A stretch of DNA of 64,000 nt from Candidatus Hermodarchaeota archaeon (GTDB lineage: Archaea > Asgardarchaeota > Thorarchaeia > Thorarchaeales > Thorarchaeaceae), in NCBI GenBank assembly GCA_048885865.1, contig JBHLLF010000013.1:14607-78606 (forward strand), read 5' to 3'. Below are positions 1 through 9,323 of this stretch, piece by piece. The notes under the pieces were generated by a model, which did not search any database, had not been told where the DNA came from, and worked only from the letters and a program-made list of their open reading frames with translations. The position numbers and the translations under genes were made by a program. How positions within the stretch are numbered: position 1 is the stretch's first letter; every line of letters starts with the position of its first letter.

Positions 1-408
1 CACCGCGAATTTGGATCTGCACGTATATGCATCAACTTGGGCAGTACAGAAACTGTTGAGAGAATATGGAAGCTATGGAATAGCCCAGAAACATATGCTA
101 GGGGATGGGCAGTATATTGGAACGCAGTTTACTCATACGTTCATGATAAGCTAGAATCCAATCCCAAGCTAGCAGATGCTGCACTGGTGTTTCGCTATGA
201 AGACCTCTGTGAGTTTCCTGAAAAGATAATCAATGAGATTGTAAACCACGTAGAGATCGACTCTGCGAGCTTTCGTCATATTAAGGAGCACTACAAATCT
301 CGTCTAACTATGCCCACCTATTACAGGACTGAGTACACAGAGCAAGAACAGAACGACATTCTTCAAGAAACGGAGGAAACAGCCAGCAGATTTGGCTATT
401 CCCTCTGA
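1..408 (+). CDS. Sulfotransferase-family protein, C-terminal part (5' end outside window)
   Basis: Frame is open from base 1; RYEDLCEFP..I..I motif and ending TASRFGY typical of P-loop sulfotransferases. Confidence 0.6.
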   Translation, partial: HREFGSARICINLGSTETVERIWKLWNSPETYARGWAVYWNAVYSYVHDKLESNPKLADAALVFRYEDLCEFPEKIINEIVNHVEIDSASFRHIKEHYKSRLTMPTYYRTEYTEQEQNDILQETEETASRFGYSL

Positions 409-482
409 TATCCACCGGTAGCTCTATGTGTATTTCAGCTTCACAGTAAATTACTATCTCTTCAACAAGGACGCCAATAAAC

Positions 483-2576
483 ATGAGAAGAAGGGTAAAG
501 GGGCTCTTAGCTTTAGCCATCGTGCTTTTGATAACAATCCCTGTGGTATATATTGTCTTCAACGTGATTCTAGCACCGCCTGAGGCTGAGCCTTTCAGTC
601 TTGATGATGCACCGCAGTACATCAGGGATTCACAAGAAGAACTCAAGGCGAAATTAGAGGACGAAACTCTCTCTTGGGATGACATGCCCCAGTTTGTTGA
701 ATTCTCACAATACTTAGCAGACAACAGTCCCGAGATTCAAGAGTTAACCGAAGGGTGGGATGTGACCGTCCTATTTGAAATAGGAGACACGGATTATATG
801 TGGTTCCTTGTTGAAGACGGCTCAATAGACATTCACATTGGGACTGAACCGCCTCAGAATTATGGAATTCGTGTGACTCTATCATTTGAAACCTTTGCCG
901 ATATAATGAAACAGGATGAAACCCCGTTGTCGGCCTTCCAGAAGGGGACACTGCAGTTTGAGGGCCCGTTCGGTCAGGTCCTGACCATAGCTCAGATAAC
1001 GGGAATTGTCAGTGCAACCATAATGGAAACTCATGGCGGCAGTGTAGGTGGGCCCGAGTTCTCCATCACAGTGAACCAAAGAGACAAATACTTGGATGGC
1101 GGCCTTACTATATTCTCTCTCTTTGAAGTGACAATCGTTCCTGAGTTTATTGGGCAACACCATATGTCGCAAATAGGACCTGGCTCTGTTTATGTTGTGG
1201 ATGAATACGGTACGGTGGTAGCACAGCTCGAGAATTCAGCACACACCGTCACTGAATTCCTCAATTCAACTACAGTCTTGATGGGCGGACAAGAGGGTTC
1301 TATGCAGCTATGGAATTATGTGACAGATACACTCGAAACTCTGGCAGTACCAGCAGGGCATCACGAGATAGACTACAATCCGGTTACTGACACATTCATG
1401 GTTTTGGAATATGCCCTCTCTGACGAGTTGTGGGATGGCAAGAATGTGACATATGATGTCATCTCCGAATATGATAGGGAAGGGCAACTTGTATGGCAAT
1501 GGGATGGTCGTGTGTATTTCCCATTCAACTCAACGCGTCATACTAGTCTAGGACTCAACGAAACCTTCAGAGGCGGTGCTGACTGGATGCATTCCAACAG
1601 TTTCGCGTGGGACAAGAGTGGTGGTTTCATCTATCTCAACGTTCGGAATGTTGACACCATCCTCAAGATCGATTATAATACTAAAGCCGTTCTATGGGAT
1701 GCGGGTCGCATTGGTGAATTTACACTTCTTAATAGGGATGGAATGGAGGTAGAGTCGCTCTTTCATCATCCTCACAGTCTGGAACAGATAAGTGGCAATC
1801 GGTTCATCATCTATGACAATGACTTGTATAACTCCTCAAATCCCTCCACTATGACTCTTGAGAACTCGACAGGGCACTCAAGACTATTGGAGTTAGAGAT
1901 TGACGAGGCGTCTCAAACCATGAGGGAAGTGTGGTCTTGGACTCCTTCCAATGATTCATACTATTTCCCTGAGTCAGGAGGGGATGCAAATCGACTTCCA
2001 AACGGAAACACCCTTGGAACTTTTGGAAATAAAGGTCTGATTCTCAATGTTCGGGATCCAGTTATTCTCACAGAGGTCACAGCTGAAGGGGAAATTGTGT
2101 GGGAACTACAGATTCCATGCATTAACAATACATGCTACTGGGTACAACGAGTAGACCGATTCTACGAAGCTCCCATAATAGAGGTCAATGATTATACACT
2201 TGATCTTGATAGTAACGATTTGTGGCTCAATGTGTCAGCTTGGAATATGTTCAAGATAGATGCCACTTCAGCTGCTACAGTGAAGGTGGTTGCAGACGGA
2301 CAAGAAGTCTATCAGGATTCATTCGAGTTCCTACGACAATGGCAAGATGCAAGCCTCCAGTTCACTCTGAGCGGACTCTCTTCGAGTACGAAATTCATTG
2401 AGATAATAGTTGAGAACAGTGATGGGTTTGAGGGCCATTTCACTCTTTACGATGAGAGAGTGCCGGCACCTCCGTTGAGCTTGGCTCTGCTCTTAGTCAT
2501 AGGGTCAGCAGTCGTGGCAGTTCCGGTAGTCATCTGGTACGCGAGATATCGAAGGCCTCGAGCTCAAATAGAATAG
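483..2576 (+). CDS. Membrane-anchored SCP2 lipid-binding domain / arylsulfate sulfotransferase (ASST) fusion
   Basis: N-terminal signal/TM; SCP2-like TFADIMKQDETPLSAFQKGTLQFEG; ASST motifs HHEID, DWMHSNS, HHPH, GDANRLPNGNTL; C-terminal TM followed by RYRR. Confidence 0.75.
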   Translation: MRRRVKGLLALAIVLLITIPVVYIVFNVILAPPEAEPFSLDDAPQYIRDSQEELKAKLEDETLSWDDMPQFVEFSQYLADNSPEIQELTEGWDVTVLFEIGDTDYMWFLVEDGSIDIHIGTEPPQNYGIRVTLSFETFADIMKQDETPLSAFQKGTLQFEGPFGQVLTIAQITGIVSATIMETHGGSVGGPEFSITVNQRDKYLDGGLTIFSLFEVTIVPEFIGQHHMSQIGPGSVYVVDEYGTVVAQLENSAHTVTEFLNSTTVLMGGQEGSMQLWNYVTDTLETLAVPAGHHEIDYNPVTDTFMVLEYALSDELWDGKNVTYDVISEYDREGQLVWQWDGRVYFPFNSTRHTSLGLNETFRGGADWMHSNSFAWDKSGGFIYLNVRNVDTILKIDYNTKAVLWDAGRIGEFTLLNRDGMEVESLFHHPHSLEQISGNRFIIYDNDLYNSSNPSTMTLENSTGHSRLLELEIDEASQTMREVWSWTPSNDSYYFPESGGDANRLPNGNTLGTFGNKGLILNVRDPVILTEVTAEGEIVWELQIPCINNTCYWVQRVDRFYEAPIIEVNDYTLDLDSNDLWLNVSAWNMFKIDATSAATVKVVADGQEVYQDSFEFLRQWQDASLQFTLSGLSSSTKFIEIIVENSDGFEGHFTLYDERVPAPPLSLALLLVIGSAVVAVPVVIWYARYRRPRAQIE

Positions 2577-3066
2577 GAAGAGTACTGTTTGTGAGAGAGG
2601 TAGGCACCTTCTTCTGACAAACAGGACTATTACGACTACAATCGCGAGAGCAGACGCGGTGCCAATTAATTAGTGGAAATTGACCAAATGTAACTGCATT
2701 ATCGACCACGAAACTGTCGACGTTGAGTTTCGGACCCGGTATCAATATCCGAACCTGTTTCTTCGGTTTCTTGCCATTTTGTAGGGTCAGGGTGCACAAA
2801 TTGGAAATCAACGGCTAACGCCAATTGATATTCTTTCCGAGCAATACCAATCTTGGTGTTAGAAAGTTGGCATTCGCTAAGATTCGTCGGAAACCAAAAC
2901 TTGAGCCCTCCTTTGATGATTATAATCGTCTGAAATCACAAGTGAGGCTTGAGTTGTACAGAACCTCTTTCCGGAGGTAGAACCCGTGCCGCTATCTGCG
3001 CGTACGGATTCAACTTCTCTCCTTTTGGCCGTGCCTGAGGCGCGGCCCATCTCCTTTTTCCACTGA

Positions 3067-3681
3067 CTATTTCCAGCTGATTCTACTGACGAATGACTTC
3101 AGCGCCATGGGTGGTTTTACTTTCTTGAGTTTAGCTGATGCGGTCATACTCACGTCTGAATCAAGACCTAGTTGGACAAGCCGGCGACAATAATAGAGCG
3201 GAGATAAGTCGGCAGATGTGATTTCGTTCTTTGTTAGAGTGATGTTCCGCATCTTCTTGCATTTACGGAGAGGGGAGAAGTCAATCGTTTCAATCTTATT
3301 CTCGTAGAGATGGAGCGCTTTCAGTTCTGGGCAATAGGTTAGGGGCGTGAGGTCAATCGAATGCAATCTGTTGAAGGAGAGATCTAGATGCATCAGACTT
3401 GCACATCCTTCAAGAAATGACAAATCAATTGTTTCGAATTGATTTCCGCCAAGGTAGAGCTCGAGCAACGTCGAATTGCCTTGTAGTTTAGAAAGATCAA
3501 CAGATTGTATCTCGTTGCCAGAAAGAGTAAGCACCTCTAGGTTTTGAAACTGATCAAGTGACGAGAGGTCTGTTGTAGCAATCCGTCTATCACTGAGGTT
3601 AATCTCTGTTGTATCTGTATCAAACTGCTCTACAACTTTACCGCCCGTCTTTGTTTCACTCCAAATAGTAATCTCCGTCAT
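3067..3681 (-). CDS. Leucine-rich repeat protein
   Basis: Repeated LxxLxLxxNxIxxIDL units. Confidence 0.9.
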   Translation of the reverse strand: MTEITIWSETKTGGKVVEQFDTDTTEINLSDRRIATTDLSSLDQFQNLEVLTLSGNEIQSVDLSKLQGNSTLLELYLGGNQFETIDLSFLEGCASLMHLDLSFNRLHSIDLTPLTYCPELKALHLYENKIETIDFSPLRKCKKMRNITLTKNEITSADLSPLYYCRRLVQLGLDSDVSMTASAKLKKVKPPMALKSFVSRISWK

Positions 3682-3743
3682 CTATGACAAATCCTAGAGT
3701 TGCGTACGAGTTCTTCACTTAATAACTACGATTGCAGGCTCAA

Positions 3744-4562
3744 CTATGATTTTGGAGGGACCTCAGCCATCATTCGAAACAATCTGTGATGAAGCTTGTA
3801 TCCTCGACTATGGCAAAGGTTTGCAAGATCCTCATTATCTGTAAATGTAAGTCGAATATAGTCATATTTCGGCAAACTGTGTTCTTCTAGACCATGAATG
3901 AAATCATCAACTCCATCGAGGTTGTCAATCCTAAACGGCATGCATCCTGGGAATGAAGGAGTATAACGGCATGCCCCAACAATATCCGAATCCCTATTCT
4001 TCAACACAAAGACTAGGAAGTCCTCCGATTCAAGAAAACGTCCTATCTGTGCGGCAGGAAGATAGTCATGGTATTTTCGACCAACGAAGTCTATCTCTTC
4101 ATCGTGAATTGGCTCACATCTATACTCTCCAGTCGGGGTCAAGGTCTTGAAAGGAACAAAGTAATGCCAAGTAGTACCAATTATCTCAAAGCCGAATTTC
4201 CTGTAGAGGTGCTGAGCGTGTTTGTTGTGATCTTGTGTGTATAGTATAGCCTGAGTGAGATTCTCATTTCGAAACCAATCCATGGCATATTCCATGAGTA
4301 TAGTTCCAAACCCCTTGTTCTGCATAGACTTGGAAACTCCTATTCTCCCAAGATGCCCTGCGCCTTCTCCGAACTTGGAGACCACGAGCATTCCTATTAA
4401 TCGAGTGTCTGATTCCAGAGCAAAGAAGGCACCACGTGAGATAGCTCTAGAAAAGGATTCATTGGACATCAAGTCATCCGGGAATAGTTCTGCATCAATG
4501 ACTTGAAACTCAGGCCAGTCATCCTCTCTGATCAACCTGATTTTGAATTGGCTCACTGACAT
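3744..4562 (-). CDS. GNAT acetyltransferase
   Basis: QNKGFG acetyl-CoA motif, NKHAQHLYRKFGF; start moved to ATG 4562 after a GGAG SD. Confidence 0.85.
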   Translation of the reverse strand: MSVSQFKIRLIREDDWPEFQVIDAELFPDDLMSNESFSRAISRGAFFALESDTRLIGMLVVSKFGEGAGHLGRIGVSKSMQNKGFGTILMEYAMDWFRNENLTQAILYTQDHNKHAQHLYRKFGFEIIGTTWHYFVPFKTLTPTGEYRCEPIHDEEIDFVGRKYHDYLPAAQIGRFLESEDFLVFVLKNRDSDIVGACRYTPSFPGCMPFRIDNLDGVDDFIHGLEEHSLPKYDYIRLTFTDNEDLANLCHSRGYKLHHRLFRMMAEVPPKS

Positions 4563-4763
4563 GCTGATTACTCCAATCATCACATGATAATGATGGCTAG
4601 CATTCCAACCATGAATATTACAAAGACGAAGAAGCAAAGACAGGTCCTTCTAGCAGATTGTGGATAGTCATTCTCTTCTTCATATTCGTTCATGCTACAC
4701 GCCTGAACCTACTCGGTGGATAGTACTGCACTTCAGTCTATTGCCACTCGAAGTGCTGCAAGA

Positions 4764-5291
4764 CTACGAGAGTTTGAGCTTGAATACCTTCTCAAACTTG
4801 TCAAGTTTCGGTCGGATCACGTATCGACAATACTGCTGGCTTGGGTTATTCTTGTAGTAATTCTGATGATAGTCTTCTGCACGATAGAACTTGGTGAAGG
4901 GAACTATCTCAGTAACCACCGGATTCTTCCAATCTCCACTTTCATCGACTTTCGACTTGAATTGCTCTGCAGCCTTCTTCTGTGCATCATTATGATAGAA
5001 TATGGCTGAACGATATTGAGTTCCTATATCGTTTCCTTGGCGATTGAGAGTTGTAGGATCATGAGTTTCAAAGAACACCTCAAGCAGATCTTCGTATGTT
5101 ATTTGTTCTGAATCGAATTCTATCTGGCATGCCTCAGCATGACCAGTCTTTCCTGTAAGGACATCTTTGTATGTAGGATTGTCAGTGTGTCCGCCTGTAT
5201 AGCCAGATACAACCGAAGCAACACCTCTGAGTTGCTGGAACACGGCCTCAACACACCAAAAGCAACCTGCTGCAAACGTGGCGGTTTCCAT
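4764..5291 (-). CDS. msrA: Peptide methionine sulfoxide reductase A
   Basis: GCFWC active site, [24 protein letters not shown]. Confidence 0.97.
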   Translation of the reverse strand: METATFAAGCFWCVEAVFQQLRGVASVVSGYTGGHTDNPTYKDVLTGKTGHAEACQIEFDSEQITYEDLLEVFFETHDPTTLNRQGNDIGTQYRSAIFYHNDAQKKAAEQFKSKVDESGDWKNPVVTEIVPFTKFYRAEDYHQNYYKNNPSQQYCRYVIRPKLDKFEKVFKLKLS

Positions 5292-5353
5292 GCACTATCA
5301 ATGTAGCGAATGTAAATCAATAGCTAGGAAGAGGCACAACACCTCTCTGCCAG

Positions 5354-5749
5354 TCAACCTAGGTTCCTTAATCTGAACCAGTGTTCAAGGAAGAGAATGC
5401 CAAGCAGAAGGTCACCTGCAACGAAAGCAAGTACCAAGATGGACGCCTCTCCGATTATGTAGTAGTAGAAGCCCACGACAAATACCATGGCTTTCTCGAA
5501 TATCACAACGGGAATGAACCCTTGGCTGACCTCGAAGTTAATGCTGATGACATAGAGAAGTAGTCCCACAACGAATATCAACAGGAAAAAAGAATCGGCC
5601 CATAACAGTGTCGGCGGAGGAGGCACATCACCTGCTAAGGAGAAATAGGCAATATCAATTCTAGGCAACACTGCAAAAGAGATTGCCAGTATGCAGTTCC
5701 AAAACGCAGCTAGTTTGAACAATAGACTGTGATATCGTTCTCTGTCCAT
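5354..5749 (-). CDS. Small multi-pass membrane protein
   Basis: About four hydrophobic segments; GGTGTGA SD before ATG 5749. Confidence 0.7.
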   Translation of the reverse strand: MDRERYHSLLFKLAAFWNCILAISFAVLPRIDIAYFSLAGDVPPPPTLLWADSFFLLIFVVGLLLYVISINFEVSQGFIPVVIFEKAMVFVVGFYYYIIGEASILVLAFVAGDLLLGILFLEHWFRLRNLG

Positions 5750-5848
5750 GGAATTCACACCTTTGCACCTTCTGCATATGTTGCACATATAACTCCGACG
5801 GCACTAACCAAGGAAGCTCCTATATGGAGCGGTATGTCTTGGTTCAGT

Positions 5849-7003
5849 ATGCGAGTCAAGCCCAATTACTCTGGTAAAGGAATCACAAACCTGATGAGCT
5901 CGATTGCATCCGCTGTTGGGACAGAGAGCCCATATCCAGAGATATCTGAAAGTTGGTTATCAGGGATAGAAGAATCCAAGAATATAGTTCTGATAGCAGT
6001 GGATGGTCTAGGGTACGATTACCTCATGAAGAATGGAAAGGACACAGCGCTTGCATCATCAGTGAAAGGTCCGCTTACGTCGGTATTTCCGCCATCGACA
6101 GGCTCTGCGATAACGACGTTCATCACAGGATTGCCGCCTCAACAACATGCTGTGACAGGTTGGTACGTCTTTCTCAAGGAATATGGGATGATGTCACGCA
6201 TTCTTCCATTCACTAGTGTAGTTGACTGGAATGTGCTGGACACAGACATCGCCAATGTGGTTAATGTCGAGTCCTTATTCTGGCAGATAGAGCGAGAGCG
6301 CATTGTTGTAGCCGGTAAACAGATAGTTGACTCTACGTTCTCACTCTACACTATAGGTCTCTCTGCCAAGAGAATTGCATATGAAGGACTTCAAAGCTTC
6401 TTCACTGGTTTGGAACAGGCTATCTCATCATACGAAAAGGCAAGCTATATCTACGCATATTGGCCGGAGCTTGACTCAATCGCTCACATACTTGGGATTG
6501 AGAGTAATGAGGCACTCGATCATCTTCAGGAGTTTGATCATGCCCTGAAAGAGTTCATTGAGAGGATTGAAGGCACTGATACCACGCTAATAATCACAAG
6601 CGATCATGGATTGCAAGATGTGACTCCTGATGATCTTATCCTGACCGGTGATCATCCGGATTTGGTCGAGTCTCTCACCCTTCCGCTTTGTGGAGATACG
6701 CGCTCCGTCTACTGCTATGTACGACCATCGAGAGTAGGAAGATTCGAGGATTACATCACCTCAGAATTCGGGCACGCTTGCACGCTTCATAAAAGTGAGG
6801 ATCTGGTCAACGAAAATTGGTTTGGCCTCTACGAGGAAAATCCAAGGCTATCTGGTCGAGTTGGAGATTATACATTGATCTTCAATGATGGGCATGCTGT
6901 TCTAAATAGCTTCCCAGGACAAGAACCCCCATCTCTTACAGGACATCACGGAGGGACATCCAGCGAGGAGATGAATGTTCCACTCATTGTTATCAACTGT
7001 TGA
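5849..7003 (+). CDS. Alkaline phosphatase superfamily / nucleotide pyrophosphatase-type protein
   Basis: VDGLG, SVFPPST, ELDSIAH, TSDHG and GHHGG metal-binding motifs. Confidence 0.9.
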   Translation: MRVKPNYSGKGITNLMSSIASAVGTESPYPEISESWLSGIEESKNIVLIAVDGLGYDYLMKNGKDTALASSVKGPLTSVFPPSTGSAITTFITGLPPQQHAVTGWYVFLKEYGMMSRILPFTSVVDWNVLDTDIANVVNVESLFWQIERERIVVAGKQIVDSTFSLYTIGLSAKRIAYEGLQSFFTGLEQAISSYEKASYIYAYWPELDSIAHILGIESNEALDHLQEFDHALKEFIERIEGTDTTLIITSDHGLQDVTPDDLILTGDHPDLVESLTLPLCGDTRSVYCYVRPSRVGRFEDYITSEFGHACTLHKSEDLVNENWFGLYEENPRLSGRVGDYTLIFNDGHAVLNSFPGQEPPSLTGHHGGTSSEEMNVPLIVINC

Positions 7004-7196
7004 CTCATCTTTTTGTAGGTGCTTATAAGGGTCCCAAAGGACGCATGTTTGATGTGATGAGCCCGATGTCATGGGGTTGTAGGCTGTCCCTTGTTGGCAT
7101 CGGGACTCTCCTCCTAATTCTCTGACACTAACTTGCTCTGTAAGACATATTCTTCTCCTGATTAGGATTCGCTGCCAACGGGCTTGGAAGGTCACC

Positions 7197-8090
7197 CTAC
7201 AAGAGGACCTGCATCTCTTTCGCAGTTTCCAGGTTCTTCTTGACTATATCGAGCTCGGAATCCAGTTCTAGGGCTTTTTGATAGCACTCAACAGCCCGTT
7301 TAACATCGCCCTTCTCTCTCAAAGCAACTCCAAGATTATTCCATCCGCGCGGATCGTTAGGCGACAGTTCAGTGTACTTCTCAAGTATTGGTATCGCTTC
7401 CTTCCAGTTGTCAAGAAACCAAAGAGTAGTTCCATATTTGAATAGAATCTCGGGCTGCTTCCTCTTCACTGACAGACTTGACTCGTAGAACTCAGCTGCT
7501 CTCTCGTAATTTTGGGCATCATAGCAGAGATTCCCAACTGTGTTTATTGAACTTAGAGCTCTAGGATTCAAGTCTATAGCAGCGTTAAGGCTTGTACATG
7601 CGGCATTGTACCGGCCAAGTTGGGCTTGGCACATTCCTAGCATTTCCCATACTTCATAGAGGCCAGGATGGGTTTCTAGAATATAGGAGGTGACAGTGAG
7701 CACGCTTTGGCAGTCATCAGCTTGGACAGCAGCCTTAGCCATTGCCAAGAGAGTATCCAGCTCGCTACCCCCAAGCTCAAGATATTTAGTGAGGGTTTCT
7801 ATTGCCTCCTCATACATCTCTTCAGAGTATTGAAGCATCCCCGCATTCTCAATCGGTTCAATCCATTCCGAATCGATTTCCATGGCCTTGATGAAACACT
7901 CCAGTGCTTCTGCAGACTTCTCGGCATCTTGATAGACTAGTCCCAGAAGGTTCCATGCCATCACAAATGATTCGTCCATCTCAATAGCTGCCTTGAGGGA
8001 TTCTTCTGCAGCGTTGAACTCTCCAAATCTCTGAAAATGCTCACCACGACGATATAATGACATTGCTTCGTCAGATGGGGCATTTGGCAT
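7197..8090 (-). CDS. Tetratricopeptide repeat protein
   Basis: Multiple TPRs (AWNLLG, WNNLGVAL..KG...A..CYQKALELD). Confidence 0.9.
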   Translation of the reverse strand: MPNAPSDEAMSLYRRGEHFQRFGEFNAAEESLKAAIEMDESFVMAWNLLGLVYQDAEKSAEALECFIKAMEIDSEWIEPIENAGMLQYSEEMYEEAIETLTKYLELGGSELDTLLAMAKAAVQADDCQSVLTVTSYILETHPGLYEVWEMLGMCQAQLGRYNAACTSLNAAIDLNPRALSSINTVGNLCYDAQNYERAAEFYESSLSVKRKQPEILFKYGTTLWFLDNWKEAIPILEKYTELSPNDPRGWNNLGVALREKGDVKRAVECYQKALELDSELDIVKKNLETAKEMQVLL

Positions 8091-8192
8091 TGTAGTCCGC
8101 TTCCATGAGGTATTCAATTATGGATTTTCCCTTGGAAAACAAGAAGCCCAGTGTCTTTTGAATCCTTATCGGTCATACTGTGATATTTTATG

Positions 8193-8271
8193 AGAAGAAA
8201 AAAGAAGGGGATTGTCCACACATTTGCGACATAGTGGACTCTCACCCTCAACCGGATTGGTCACGTTGAGG
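8193..8271 (-). terminator. Two hairpins plus U-rich tract after the small ORF
   Basis: CCTCAAC/GTTGAGG (8246-8271), GTCCAC/GTGGAC (8214-8239), then CCCCTTCTTTTTTCTTCT on the minus strand. Confidence 0.55.
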
Positions 8272-8272
8272 A

Positions 8273-8443
8273 TCATGCTATATAGTACCTCCAGAACGTT
8301 TCCAATTCTGATACATCTACACCATGCTTTTGTGGTTCATACTTCTCTTTGGAGGCATCCTTCTTGTCAACATCCTCTCCGTCAGAGGACAGGCAATTTG
8401 GATGCTGGTTTTTTATTCCTGGCTTGTCGGTTTCTTTTACCAC
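8273..8443 (-). CDS. Putative 56-aa small protein
   Basis: GAGGTGG SD before GTG 8443; followed by two hairpins and a U-rich tract. Confidence 0.5.
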   Translation of the reverse strand: MVKETDKPGIKNQHPNCLSSDGEDVDKKDASKEKYEPQKHGVDVSELETFWRYYIA

Positions 8444-8840
8444 AATCTCCACCTCTAGAGAGGGACTGCCTTTATTGCAGTCCATGTGTTGCAGGATGAC
8501 TAAGCGAATCTGCTAAGATAGACTTGCAGTCATCCGGATTCCTTGTCGTTGCTGACTCACTTCATGTCAATCTTGATGTCTGACTGAAGCGATGATAGAT
8601 GATAGGTGTCGAAGCGGGGAGTCAGACTGATTTTCATTCGTATGGAATGGGCATCACATCACACTGTAAACTAGATCCACGCACAATTTAGCTGACCTCC
8701 TCGACCTGACTATCATGCTAGTTGATAGAAGTCATCTTTAGTGACCTGAGTTTCTACAGAAGCAGTATTATACCTTTCCAACTACGCCATGTGAAAATGC
8801 ACATAAGCGCCGCCTTGAATATGAAAAAAGGAGAGGACAA

Positions 8841-9308
8841 ATGTCAAAGACAATCATTATCTATGAAAGCATCTATGGAAACACAAAGAAAGTGGCAGAT
8901 GCAATAGCAGAAGGGATTAGAGAGTCAGGTCAGATTGATTGTATCATTGCCAAGACTGGAGAGGTGCATCATACCGATGACCTGGCAAAATATGATGCTG
9001 TCATTTTCGGTAGCCCCAATCACAATCAGGAACCGTCACGTAACATGCTGAAGTTCATTGAACGAGTAGGTATTGTGGACCTTGATACCAAAATGGGCGC
9101 GGCATTTGATACTTACACTGGCGGGAACAAGGGAATTGCCGTGAGGAAAATGGAGCAGGCAATTCGCCAGAAAATAGCTTGTATCACATTTGTCATTGAT
9201 GGCTTTTCAGCCAAGGTGGAGGGCAGAAAAGGCCCCTTAGCAGAAGGAGAGATTGATAGGGCTATTGAATTCGGGAAACAAGTGGCAGCCAAGATTCAGG
9301 GCAAGTGA
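8841..9308 (+). CDS. Flavodoxin-family protein
   Basis: IIYESIYGNTKKVADAIAEG FMN-binding loop, GSP, AFDT. Confidence 0.92.
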   Translation: MSKTIIIYESIYGNTKKVADAIAEGIRESGQIDCIIAKTGEVHHTDDLAKYDAVIFGSPNHNQEPSRNMLKFIERVGIVDLDTKMGAAFDTYTGGNKGIAVRKMEQAIRQKIACITFVIDGFSAKVEGRKGPLAEGEIDRAIEFGKQVAAKIQGK

Positions 9309-9323
9309 TGAATTAGTCCATTA

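Noticed and set aside
2911-2935. Possible SECIS element
   Set aside because: Stem too short, and no neighbouring gene shows an in-frame TGA at a Cys position
2950-3016. Resemblance to group II intron domain V or a purine riboswitch core on the minus strand
   Set aside because: No AGC/CGC triad or other intron domains, no RT gene, and wobble pairs favour the plus strand
8553-8565. 13-mer TGACTCACTTCAT also present inverted at 24870-24882
   Set aside because: Many 13-nt matches are expected by chance in 64 kb on two strands
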